From the IMG/VR virus record IMGVR_UViG_3300009788_000013, positions 1 to 61,153 of that record: 61,153 nt of DNA, one strand, 5' to 3'. The translations under genes were made by a program, and so were the position numbers. Below are positions 1 through 8,458 of the stretch, piece by piece. Origin of the DNA: a virus (taxonomy: Duplodnaviria > Caudoviricetes). Positions within the stretch are counted from its first letter, which is position 1; every line of letters begins with the position of its first letter. The notes under the pieces are model-generated. The model ran no database searches and was not told where the DNA came from. It saw nothing but the letters and a program-made list of their open reading frames with translations.

Positions 1-123
1 AACGTGGATAAAGACAAAGCTGGGGCCGATAGTCATTTCCCTACGCATCCGATATTTCGAGAGTTAATTTTGTCATAGTAGATGCACCTCTATGTTATTC
101 CGCCATGAAGAGAATGGGCTCCG
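1..123. repeat. Terminal direct repeat, copy 1 (circular contig overlap)
   Basis: 1-123 is identical to 61031-61153. Confidence 0.97.
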
Positions 124-282
124 CCGCTTCGATCCGCGCTTTAGCCCCGGCTTGTGGTGCTTCAACCGAACCTTCTTGAGATGTGGACAGAGTTTATCTA
201 GCATCTGGATCGCTTGATGGGTGTTCTCATGTTCGCGATCAGCTTGCCGTTGTTCGTGTGGTGGACTTTCGTATTCACTCAT
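73..282 (-). CDS. Hypothetical protein
   Basis: 69-aa ORF, ATGA-coupled to the upstream small ORF 279-410. Confidence 0.5.
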   Translation of the reverse strand: MSEYESPPHEQRQADREHENTHQAIQMLDKLCPHLKKVRLKHHKPGLKRGSKRRSPFSSWRNNIEVHLL

Positions 283-410
283 GGCTTAGTATCTCTATCA
301 TCTTCGTCTAATACTCCGAAAACTAATAGTATGAAAAACACTACTAGGAAAGCCATACCAACAAGTAGAAGAATAAGCCACCAGGGAGACATGGGGTATT
401 CGCTCATCAT
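279..410 (-). CDS. Small single-TM membrane protein (43 aa)
   Basis: MMSEYPMSPWWLILLLVGMAFLVVFFILLVFGVLDEDDRDTKP; read by hand; ATGA overlaps on both sides. Confidence 0.65.
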   Translation of the reverse strand: MMSEYPMSPWWLILLLVGMAFLVVFFILLVFGVLDEDDRDTKP

Positions 411-1105
411 GCTGCTTCCCAATCATCCATGAACTTCTTGAGCCCACTATATGTCAGTGGGTGATCGAACATCTTCTCCAGTAACTCAGGCGATACCGTA
501 CAGATATCCGCACCAGCAGCAAAAGCATCGATGACTTGGCGAGGTGATCGAAGTGAGCCGCAAAGAATATTTGTCTGTGTCTGTCTACTGAGCGGGCCTT
601 GATTGTATATCTTTCGCACCTTTGCTATTAGTCCATAAGAATCAATACCAATATCCTCACAGCGAGCTACAAAGATACTGATACACCAAGCACCGGCTAA
701 TGCTGCTAGAATCGCCTGTGGTACTGAGCAGCAGAGCGTGAGGTTGCAGCGGGGATAGATATGGATCAGGGAGGCTATAACAGAAGTTGGTGCCTTATCC
801 ATTTCTATAGTGCTCAGTTCAGCACATGCTGCGATTCCTTCTCGCGTACAGGGTAATTTGACGATTACGTTCTGAGAGATTCCAGCAAGTTGCCGCCCTT
901 CGCTGATCATCTTTACAGTATCGGTGCCGACAACTTGAGCAGATACATTTGGCACGAGGTCACAGATTACTGCTATCCGAGGGATCACCATCCCCTCAGC
1001 ATCAGCCATCATCGAACTTGGGTTTGTAGTCACTCCTGTAATGACACCGTATTGCAACGCCTTCTTGATGTCGTCAAGGTTTGCCGTATCAAGGTAGAGT
1101 TCCAT
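407..1105 (-). CDS. talC: Transaldolase / fructose-6-phosphate aldolase (TalC/Fsa-type)
   Basis: MELYLDTA, GVTTNPS, Schiff-base VIVKLP, NLTL, GADICTV; start moved to the TAATG overlap at 1105. Confidence 0.9.
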   Translation of the reverse strand: MELYLDTANLDDIKKALQYGVITGVTTNPSSMMADAEGMVIPRIAVICDLVPNVSAQVVGTDTVKMISEGRQLAGISQNVIVKLPCTREGIAACAELSTIEMDKAPTSVIASLIHIYPRCNLTLCCSVPQAILAALAGAWCISIFVARCEDIGIDSYGLIAKVRKIYNQGPLSRQTQTNILCGSLRSPRQVIDAFAAGADICTVSPELLEKMFDHPLTYSGLKKFMDDWEAA

Positions 1106-1299
1106 TAGAGCCTCCAGTTCTTCGGCGGTGGCTTCTCGTGTCCCTTGAATCGCCCCCAGGGAGTCATACAGGGACACCACTCGATGATGCAACCACCTTC
1201 GGTATGCGTTGCCATCGTGTGCTGTGGCTCATCGGTCCTCGGCGTGCAGTCTAAGCACGGATCACTAAGCCAGATAAATTTCTGCTTCTCATCAGACAT
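1105..1299 (-). CDS. Small Cys/His-rich hypothetical protein (64 aa)
   Basis: MSDEKQKF...CLDC...H...C...CPC; overlaps both neighbours. Confidence 0.55.
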   Translation of the reverse strand: MSDEKQKFIWLSDPCLDCTPRTDEPQHTMATHTEGGCIIEWCPCMTPWGRFKGHEKPPPKNWRL

Positions 1300-2113
1300 T
1301 TCGGTATTTGCTCCCTGCCTCTGGATTGTATTCAACCCGCAGCCCATCCTGATAAAATAACTGCGGGTACAGATCTCTATCTTCCTGGTGCCCCTCACCG
1401 AACTGGCAAGCCTCTCGGTGGAGCTTCCATTCAAATTTCGCACAGAGCAACGAGAAGATCGATTGCTCAGAGCGGGATTCTCGAAAATCTGGTAACTCCT
1501 CCCCGAGAACCGATTTCTCAAAAGTCGTTGCTAAGCGATGTAGACAAAACGTCAGCCACTCCATTAAAAATTGCTGTACTTGCCAAGGACCTTTCTGGAA
1601 TAGCATGAAGCGCCCGACACCGTGGTCGGCATTCGCATACCGTCTAAACCATTCGTTTACTGCAACCCCATCCAAGCCGCCGACTATGCGATAAGTATCA
1701 TGCTTCACCCACCATCGATTTACATGCCCGCTAGCAGCGAAGACCATTGCTCCACCTAGTTTTATGCAATGCTTGTACAGGATAGACAGATCAGCGATCG
1801 GATATGTATCCGCATCCGTATAGAGCACCACGTCCCCAGGCTCACAGAAATGCTCCAACGCATGGAGGATCACAAATGGCTTCCAGCAGAACCAGCCAAA
1901 ACCACGAGGATATTTGCCGGTATTGCCAATCCCTCGGTGCTCCCAGATCCAGCGATTAGCTGGCAGCTTGTAGAACTCTGTCTTCATCAACCAAGCATCA
2001 TCATATACTCGCACCTCATCGACTCCATACCTGGGCGCTCGCTCAACGATCTGCTGCGTTGTTGGGTTCCAGGCATTACCTGAGAAGGTGATGTATAGTT
2101 TCTTCATGATCAC
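1292..2113 (-). CDS. Glycosyltransferase-like protein (GT-A fold)
   Basis: GFGWFCWKP, DxD motif YTDAD, C-terminal RSEQS resembling the HRxDQS motif. Confidence 0.7.
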   Translation of the reverse strand: MIMKKLYITFSGNAWNPTTQQIVERAPRYGVDEVRVYDDAWLMKTEFYKLPANRWIWEHRGIGNTGKYPRGFGWFCWKPFVILHALEHFCEPGDVVLYTDADTYPIADLSILYKHCIKLGGAMVFAASGHVNRWWVKHDTYRIVGGLDGVAVNEWFRRYANADHGVGRFMLFQKGPWQVQQFLMEWLTFCLHRLATTFEKSVLGEELPDFRESRSEQSIFSLLCAKFEWKLHREACQFGEGHQEDRDLYPQLFYQDGLRVEYNPEAGSKYRNV

Positions 2114-2199
2114 CTGCTTCTAAAAAACAACCAAGCCATGTAACCACCAACACCGCCGGAGATCATGCCCAGTACTATCAACCATATGATGTTCGTCAT
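2110..2199 (-). CDS. Small single-TM peptide (29 aa)
   Basis: MTNIIWLIVLGMISGGVGGYMAWLFFRSR; 4-nt overlaps on both sides. Confidence 0.6.
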   Translation of the reverse strand: MTNIIWLIVLGMISGGVGGYMAWLFFRSR

Positions 2200-2405
2200 C
2201 TCGCTAAAAATCTCCAACATGGTGGCCCAAGACAAGAATCGTCGGGACGATAACAAGGATCGCCTTCAGTTCTAGTGCGAGAACGTTCTAAGCCGATGAA
2301 TCTGTAATTGCTGTATTGCTTCTGGATTTCTATACCGATCCTACGGATACATGTACTCCACCCGCCAGCCCATCCTTCGCTCCAAAGATGAATAGTGATT
2401 CTCAT
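2196..2405 (-). CDS. Hypothetical protein
   Basis: 69-aa ORF with ATGA coupling. Confidence 0.45.
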   Translation of the reverse strand: MRITIHLWSEGWAGGWSTCIRRIGIEIQKQYSNYRFIGLERSRTRTEGDPCYRPDDSCLGPPCWRFLAR

Positions 2406-3124
2406 CCTTCCCTTACTCCTTTCGCTCCCAGGATCACATCATCTGGAATAGGGCCAGCTACATCGAGGTAGGCAAAGAATTGTGGAAAGTCAATTAGCGG
2501 CATTCCAAGTCGCCAAGCCACTACGCTCATAACTGTCTGATCGTGGCGGTGGCCGAGTACCTGCTTATCGGCTGAGGCTTCCCCATCATCGTTCCGCCAG
2601 GGTCCACAGTACGCCTCTTGCGGAACATCGAGAAGGTTATTCAGGAATGTCATCCCGAGCCCGTGGCTGAGATCAAGCGCGAAGGCTCCACCTGTACAGA
2701 GCTTGATACCAAACGCCTGCTGCCTGTTAATCCTGAGAGGGCCTAGCGCCGAATCAGTGCACCACTGTCCGACACTCCATCCGTTATTCGCAAGCCAGTA
2801 GCCGTGCTCATCGATGTATTCAAGCAGCGGCTCCAGTGGCTTCAGTGCAACGATAGAGGCATCACACCAAATCACATATCGATATCCCTGTACGCGAGCT
2901 GCTGCAATTGCATGTCGCTTGAATGCATAAGGAATCATTCCAGGGCCGTGCGGCCACTGATGTCCCTTGTGCCATGGTGAATCAGGTGGAAATTTATTCC
3001 GCCATAGCAGTAGGCTTCCCTTATACCCAACCTGCTGAAGCGTGGCTTGGAGCCGTAATTGCCCCCGCACGAAGTGTCGAGTAGCGACATTCACGATGAC
3101 GGTATTGTTCTCGTTGAATTTCAT
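2402..3124 (-). CDS. Glycosyltransferase-like protein
   Basis: PYAFK, WCDAS, GHRHDQTVMS motifs; likely start MKFNEN at 3124. Confidence 0.7.
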   Translation of the reverse strand: MKFNENNTVIVNVATRHFVRGQLRLQATLQQVGYKGSLLLWRNKFPPDSPWHKGHQWPHGPGMIPYAFKRHAIAAARVQGYRYVIWCDASIVALKPLEPLLEYIDEHGYWLANNGWSVGQWCTDSALGPLRINRQQAFGIKLCTGGAFALDLSHGLGMTFLNNLLDVPQEAYCGPWRNDDGEASADKQVLGHRHDQTVMSVVAWRLGMPLIDFPQFFAYLDVAGPIPDDVILGAKGVREG

Positions 3125-3185
3125 CTCAATCGCCGAAGTATATTTCGCCTCCGCCGCCAGTGCCATAGTCGATAAATCCAGTTGA

Positions 3186-3335
3186 TCATTGGAGTTCCAG
3201 TAACTGTGTGAGGGTGTGTATCAATAATCTTCTCTGCCGCTCTAGTCGCATCCAGTCGGCATCAGGATCACCTTGTGATTCCTCGATTTGATCAAGTCGC
3301 CTTTCTATAGCATTAATGATCTCTATCGAGTTCAC
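3186..3335 (-). CDS. Small helical hypothetical protein (49 aa)
   Basis: GTG start overlapping the upstream stop; MNSIEIINAIERRLDQ...LLELQ. Confidence 0.45.
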   Translation of the reverse strand: MNSIEIINAIERRLDQIEESQGDPDADWMRLERQRRLLIHTLTQLLELQ

Positions 3336-3443
3336 TTTGCCCACCTCCCTTGCTTCTCGCGCCTCCCTGCCTCGGTTGATACATGCCCCTTCTTTCCAGT
3401 TGGCGCACAGACGTATTTCTTCTTGCGTATCCGGCCCTTGCGG

Positions 3444-4145
3444 CTATGTGTTGATTTCGGCATGTTTCCTCTCACTTCCAGGAAAACCAGCTCTGACACG
3501 AGATTCGAACAGTAACTTTGCCTCATTCCATAACTCAGGGCGATCCTTGTTCAAGAGATGTGCTGGCCGCTTGCCACCTGGTTCCCTTTGCCAATGGTTA
3601 TGTTTTTGAGTGAGTTCCTTGCGTTGCCAGAATACATCTTGTTTCAGTGCTACCCGCTGCAGCTCCTCGTCTACAAAGAAATGTGGGTATCCCTCCCACA
3701 ATGGGCCGTGTCCCTCATTCGCTTCCATGATCCAAGCTCGCCCCATCCATGGCGAATAGGCAACTCGCTCTGAACACGAGAGGCCATTCTCTACCATCCA
3801 GTAATCACCAGTGGGTTGCATGATGCCGTAGAGATCTTCGAACTCCTCGGCAAACTCACGTTGGACTTCTAGAGGATCAGCATCAGGTGGCTCGATATCA
3901 TCACCACCCGTAACTACTATCATCGTCTCTGGGTATACTTTGAGGATGTGCTGAGCCAGTGCATTCACTGTCTTCGCATAGCCTTCATATTCCTCCTGCC
4001 AGCAGATATCCGCCACCTCGACAGGATCAGCTCCGAAGTCTACCTGACAGGCGATCTTGTAGCCACGCTCTCTCCAGAGCGGAAGCGTACCGCCCTTGGG
4101 CCGGGCTGATGGAATTGCATACCAGACTTTAGGGAGGTTATCCAT
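3444..4145 (-). CDS. Putative glycosyltransferase (GT-A-like)
   Basis: AIPSAR N-terminal strand, GYAKTVN, GGDD, HFFVDEEL, HNHW. Confidence 0.55.
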   Translation of the reverse strand: MDNLPKVWYAIPSARPKGGTLPLWRERGYKIACQVDFGADPVEVADICWQEEYEGYAKTVNALAQHILKVYPETMIVVTGGDDIEPPDADPLEVQREFAEEFEDLYGIMQPTGDYWMVENGLSCSERVAYSPWMGRAWIMEANEGHGPLWEGYPHFFVDEELQRVALKQDVFWQRKELTQKHNHWQREPGGKRPAHLLNKDRPELWNEAKLLFESRVRAGFPGSERKHAEINT

Positions 4146-4148
4146 CTC

Positions 4149-4757
4149 TCACATCCTCCTCACATATATCGCATTCTCTCCAGCAATCCACCCCTGGCCA
4201 TATCCCTTGTCCCCCATGAATTGGCCCAGCTCTACCACGCGCTTGCCGTTATGCTCGACTACAATAGCCTTGGACTGAATAGCTCCAGATTCCCACGGCA
4301 TTCGCAATAGGATGTCTACGCTCAACCCTTCGGCGTCAATACTGATCAGGTCGAAGCCTCCACCAAACTGAAGGAATATCTGCTCAACTGTCATCGTATG
4401 GACAAAGCAGTCCTGATATTGCCCCCGTGATTTCCATGTCTCGTAATGTTCTTCGTCCATCGTGGAAACTTGATCTGGCGAATGATGGAACGGAACAAGT
4501 GCACATTCACACCCAACGGCACAATTGATTATTTTTAATCGTGCTTTCTGCTCTGGGGTGAGCTTAGCAATATTACGGAGTAGGCCAGCGAATGGAACTG
4601 CGGCTGGCTCGATCATGATGCCACTCCAGCCATACTCCAGTGTCCACCAGACATTTGAGTTCGTCTTGCCATCGAATGATCCAATATCCAGGAACCGTCC
4701 TGGGGTATCACCGAAGATCGTTTTCAGATATTCATCTTCTCCGCGCTGACTATACAT
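4149..4757 (-). CDS. FkbM-family SAM methyltransferase
   Basis: YSQRGED, FLDIGSFDG-SN, GWSGIMIEP, ISIDAEG, IVVEHN. Confidence 0.88.
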   Translation of the reverse strand: MYSQRGEDEYLKTIFGDTPGRFLDIGSFDGKTNSNVWWTLEYGWSGIMIEPAAVPFAGLLRNIAKLTPEQKARLKIINCAVGCECALVPFHHSPDQVSTMDEEHYETWKSRGQYQDCFVHTMTVEQIFLQFGGGFDLISIDAEGLSVDILLRMPWESGAIQSKAIVVEHNGKRVVELGQFMGDKGYGQGWIAGENAIYVRRM

Positions 4758-4826
4758 TTTTACCTTATTCCTATGTAGTTTCTGCAAGCCGCAACCAAAG
4801 CTCTTCACGGATCAATGTAGAGATGC

Positions 4827-5039
4827 TCATCTCGCCACCTCAATAATCCATAGCGTCCAGCCGATGATGGCGAGGATAATCATACCCTCCAGCGCACCAA
4901 ACGTAATCGTCCAAGCCCGGTACCAATCTGGTTTTGTTTGGGGGGGGCCTCTGTCTTCCCGCTTCCCTCCTCCCCCGAGATCGAGAGCAGGAGCAGAGGT
5001 CCCCATATTGGATCTCTCACGGTTCCGCTGCCACGTCAT
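4827..5039 (-). CDS. Small protein with C-terminal TM helix
   Basis: First gene after the promoter at 5048-5076; hydrophobic C-terminus. Confidence 0.55.
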   Translation of the reverse strand: MTWQRNRERSNMGTSAPALDLGGGGKREDRGPPQTKPDWYRAWTITFGALEGMIILAIIGWTLWIIEVAR

Positions 5040-5047
5040 ATGGCTCC

Positions 5048-5076
5048 ATTATATAACGTTCAGCGGCAGATGTACA
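5048..5076 (-). promoter_or_regulatory. Sigma70-type promoter of the glycan operon
   Basis: TGTACA-17 nt-TATAAT, 8 nt before ATG 5039. Confidence 0.7.
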
Positions 5077-5146
5077 GAATGGTGGGCTGGCCGCCCCTTA
5101 GATCGCCCGAGAGAGGACGCTATGGTGGGCTAGGGGCATTCCTGGA

Positions 5147-5908
5147 TTATATGGCGCAGATTCCCATGTTCTTGCTCAAGGGATGCCGTTGCAGCGATCC
5201 TCGGGCCATCTTGGCATGCTCCTCGTCTAGGATCTCATCAAGGGGCCGGATCGGCCAGCAGGGCAACGCGGAACCAGGCGAGCAGTTCACCACCTCCACC
5301 CCAGCCTTTCGAAGCGGCTGGACTAGTGACCAGAACATCGGTATCCAGTACTTCACCCGTCTACTATAGCTCGCTATGGTTTCGCGACCGTGGCCAGAGT
5401 GCCAGTAGATTTGCCCACTATATCGCCCTCTAGTGTCCCTGATGTGCCCTTGATCATCCTGGTAGGTCATAGGTACTACCCGCATGTCGTAGCCCAGGAG
5501 CACGATTCTACAAGCCCCGAATAGATATGCTAGATTGATTGCCTGGTAACCGGAGTTCCCTCCGTGACACAATGTCCCCGGATCATGTGATAATCCGAGC
5601 TGAGTCCCCTGTCTCAGTGATCGGCAGCATTCCAGTTTCGGGTGTCCCATAGTGATCTGCCAGCCGAGAAAACAACGTCTCACCTCGGAGCGATGATCAT
5701 CCCACCACTTGGTATCCGAGAAATACAAAATATCGGCATTGTACAACAACCGATATGATGTATTGATGACGATCACCTTACCGAGGCGCGAAATGGCAAC
5801 CGTATCTATACCAGTAATAGAAGGCCCTCCTGCTAGAATAAAGCAGGTTTTATCCGTCCACATGCCACTAGGGACAGTCCACCAACGCTCCTTTGCCTGG
5901 GTTTTCAT
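5147..5908 (-). CDS. DUF115 / Maf / MptE-like protein (putative sugar transferase)
   Basis: ILAGGPS, VIVIN, YFSD, NSGYQAINLAYLFG-RIVLLGYDM, VVNCS. Confidence 0.75.
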   Translation of the reverse strand: MKTQAKERWWTVPSGMWTDKTCFILAGGPSITGIDTVAISRLGKVIVINTSYRLLYNADILYFSDTKWWDDHRSEVRRCFLGWQITMGHPKLECCRSLRQGTQLGLSHDPGTLCHGGNSGYQAINLAYLFGACRIVLLGYDMRVVPMTYQDDQGHIRDTRGRYSGQIYWHSGHGRETIASYSRRVKYWIPMFWSLVQPLRKAGVEVVNCSPGSALPCWPIRPLDEILDEEHAKMARGSLQRHPLSKNMGICAI

Positions 5909-6324
5909 ACCTTCGCCAGCTTGACGCTGAACGTCGTTGTCATGTGGATACGATCGCCTTTATCGCTACTGACGAGTGGGCCACCGTCTGGGCTGTGGAT
6001 AAATAAGAATTCCTCGGTTGTATTCGCATCAGCTGTGATCGCTTCGGCTTGATCCTGAAGCGCATCAAGAACAGCATAGAATTTCGTTCTTATCATCTCG
6101 TAGTCATGCTGTTTGCCCCTAACGAGAAGACGGAACCCTTGATTACGATTATCATCAGTGTGGGTATCGGCAGCTTCGCCTGATGTATCCTGTACTGCGA
6201 TCACCTGTTGAGCAGAGCTGACTCGTGGGGGCATGGGATCAATCCCTATATTGGACTTCCAGTTGATCTCATCGATCTGGCCGATACTGGTGAGATAGGC
6301 GATGATGTCAGCGGTAAGGCTCAT
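5905..6324 (-). CDS. Tail terminator / neck protein
   Basis: Follows the HK97 gp10-like gene; ~140 aa; FRLLVRG and DR-H-TTTF pattern. Confidence 0.6.
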   Translation of the reverse strand: MSLTADIIAYLTSIGQIDEINWKSNIGIDPMPPRVSSAQQVIAVQDTSGEAADTHTDDNRNQGFRLLVRGKQHDYEMIRTKFYAVLDALQDQAEAITADANTTEEFLFIHSPDGGPLVSSDKGDRIHMTTTFSVKLAKV

Positions 6325-6527
6325 TTCAGTGCCTTCTGTATTCTCCAATAGGCTTCAAGCGAAGAGCATCCCATCTCTTCTGCTATAGTTTGGTAGGTGC
6401 AACCATTTTCCATTAATGCGAGCAAGAAAGCAGTATCTACCTCGTCTTCTGTAATAGTTCCACGAAGACACCGCCACCACAACCAGAGAAATCGTAGCCT
6501 GTGTCGTGTCTGCTTCAGCCAATTCAC
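6321..6527 (-). CDS. Small HTH-like protein
   Basis: GCTYQTIAEEMGCSSLEAYWRI resembles a helix-turn-helix. Confidence 0.5.
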   Translation of the reverse strand: MNWLKQTRHRLRFLWLWWRCLRGTITEDEVDTAFLLALMENGCTYQTIAEEMGCSSLEAYWRIQKALK

Positions 6528-7012
6528 TTCAGCGCATCCTTGATATGCGGCCCGATGATCTCTGTAATCTTCTTCTCCATGTAGTTCACCGGCCCGCGTA
6601 GATAGTCCGTACCCCTAGGATTAGGCCCCCCGAGTCCTTGATTATAGTTTTTGTTGATCTCGTGAACGAAGGTTGCATAACCCACATCCTTTGTATTCGT
6701 GCCGCCAGCACCAGCAGGCCCTCCGTAGGCCAGCGTGAATACTATCTTCCCAGATTGTCGGATTACAAATGTCGCGCCCTTAATTGGTACCCCGTTCCAT
6801 TGAACGTGTCCACTGTTCATTAGGTTCAATGTGTCACGAGGAACAATATTGCCGCCATAGCCTTCGCCACCGTCCTTACTGACAGCCATTGTACGTTCAG
6901 CCCATTCGAAGCCCCCTTTAGCCGCAGCTTCGCGGATGTCCTTAGTCCACGCCTTGAGCTTTCGCTGGAATGCAGCTGCACCAAGGAGGGCTCCTCCGCT
7001 ATGAAGTGCCAT
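6524..7012 (-). CDS. HK97 gp10-like neck / tail-completion protein
   Basis: VPRDTLNLMNS, YATFVHE, YLRGP motifs. Confidence 0.75.
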   Translation of the reverse strand: MALHSGGALLGAAAFQRKLKAWTKDIREAAAKGGFEWAERTMAVSKDGGEGYGGNIVPRDTLNLMNSGHVQWNGVPIKGATFVIRQSGKIVFTLAYGGPAGAGGTNTKDVGYATFVHEINKNYNQGLGGPNPRGTDYLRGPVNYMEKKITEIIGPHIKDALK

Positions 7013-7194
7013 TACCTTTGCCTCCTATCCCATCCAACAAGGAGTATTCCAATGCCTATACCTACGAGTAGTAGCCATCCATGTTGTGCTAAATAGAGGT
7101 GGAAAGGGAGCGGCGGGCTGGCTACACCTTGAAACGCGGCAACGTTAGAGGCAAACACCAGCCCACCGATGAGCATGACGACTCTTGCTCTCAT
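7012..7194 (-). CDS. Small 2-TM membrane protein
   Basis: Two hydrophobic segments and a basic C-terminus. Confidence 0.5.
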   Translation of the reverse strand: MRARVVMLIGGLVFASNVAAFQGVASPPLPFHLYLAQHGWLLLVGIGIGILLVGWDRRQR

Positions 7195-7208
7195 TATACC
7201 TCAATTCA

Positions 7209-7637
7209 TCAGAGATCGTCTTCGCGGGTGAATGCCGACGTACCAGTCATCACATGCTGGCCTCGGCTGAATCGCGGGCTGATCCTGTCGGTATCATCTA
7301 GCGTGGCATCTTTCGCACTGATCGATCGGGATGGCAATGATGGCGTGAATCCCTCAGCGCTCATCTCGCGCAGGATCTCATCAGCCGTTTTCCGGTAGGC
7401 GGATGCGATCTCCATCATGTCTTCGTTCGATGCCTTGAGAGCGAAAATCTGATATCGCCTGGTAATTGAGAGAGCGATCGCATGGGCTGCTGGCCATTTA
7501 TTGCCTTTCTCCACCAGCATCGCGGCGATCTCTTCGTCACTAACTACAGCATCTTCACCAGTGACGATCGTGTCACCTATCTTGAATCGTACCCAATCGG
7601 AATCGCTATTATCAGGACTGGTGTAGGTTGCGGACAT
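7209..7637 (-). CDS. Head-tail adaptor
   Basis: DWVRFKIGDT...SDEEI, downstream of the capsid gene. Confidence 0.7.
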   Translation of the reverse strand: MSATYTSPDNSDSDWVRFKIGDTIVTGEDAVVSDEEIAAMLVEKGNKWPAAHAIALSITRRYQIFALKASNEDMMEIASAYRKTADEILREMSAEGFTPSLPSRSISAKDATLDDTDRISPRFSRGQHVMTGTSAFTREDDL

Positions 7638-7699
7638 TTAAGCACCTCTTCAACAATCCGGAGGAAGATGGCATCCTGCAACGTTTGCTTTGCATCCAG

Positions 7700-8413
7700 C
7701 TACGAACCTGCCATCTTCGGAAATGCATCGATAGCCGAAGCCACCGAAGCATTCACTACGGTTATACACCGATCTTCTAGAAAAGGCAAGGTAGTCTGGA
7801 ACAGCTGCGCCCAGCTTCTGTACATCTGCCGCTGCTCTGGATGCTCGGATGCGAATGCTCGCCCTGGTACTAGATCGTAGCCATACAGGGTGATGTGCTG
7901 CGCTCCCAATAGCACAGCTACATTCAGAGCGCCGTATCCCGAACAGCCTCCGATGCAGACTGTAGATGGATCAGCACTGAGCCCAGGCTCTCGTGATCGA
8001 TTGAGGTAGACGACTCCCGGCATATCCCAAAGATCAGCATGGCACTTCGGGATAGCTATATATTTCCGCCCAGTGAATTTACCGAGGAGTGAAAGGCGGG
8101 ATCTGATCCAGCGATGATCATGTGAATACAAAGCAGCGGCCCAGGGAACTTGTAGCACGGCGTCATTGATGGCCAATACTACCTGTCCCCTGAGCCGCTC
8201 AAAGTCAAAACTACAGAGCGATGGGCCGCTACCGACTATTACGCAGCGGCCCCATCGTTTTCGGTCTCCGGTAATACGGGATCGATTTTTTTCATCTTCC
8301 AGAGCCCGAAGAGATTGTTCTTCGGAAAGTGCTTCTTCGGCACTCGATCGCCAGGATGGAGAACTCGCACTCGACGCTTGCCTGACAGCTCCTGGTAGGA
8401 GATATCCTGACAT
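7700..8413 (-). CDS. Second DUF115 / Maf-like protein (true start unclear)
   Basis: CVIVGSGPSL, LAIND, SGYGALNVAVLLGA-ITLYGYDL, VVNAS; N-terminal 58 codons overlap ORF 8239-8457. Confidence 0.7.
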   Translation of the reverse strand: MSGYLLPGAVRQASSASSPSWRSSAEEALSEEQSLRALEDEKNRSRITGDRKRWGRCVIVGSGPSLCSFDFERLRGQVVLAINDAVLQVPWAAALYSHDHRWIRSRLSLLGKFTGRKYIAIPKCHADLWDMPGVVYLNRSREPGLSADPSTVCIGGCSGYGALNVAVLLGAQHITLYGYDLVPGRAFASEHPEQRQMYRSWAQLFQTTLPFLEDRCITVVNASVASAIDAFPKMAGS

Positions 8414-8457
8414 GCTACAAATTCTCCATCATGGCAATTAGCCCATGTGATCAGCAT
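8239..8457 (-). CDS. Small capsid-adjacent protein
   Basis: 72 aa, starts 2 nt after the capsid stop. Confidence 0.55.
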   Translation of the reverse strand: MLITWANCHDGEFVACQDISYQELSGKRRVRVLHPGDRVPKKHFPKNNLFGLWKMKKIDPVLPETENDGAAA

Positions 8458-8458
8458 C

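Noticed and set aside
1-123. Biological terminal repeat of the virion DNA
   Set aside because: It cuts through coding sequence mid-operon; more likely an assembler overlap on a circular or permuted genome
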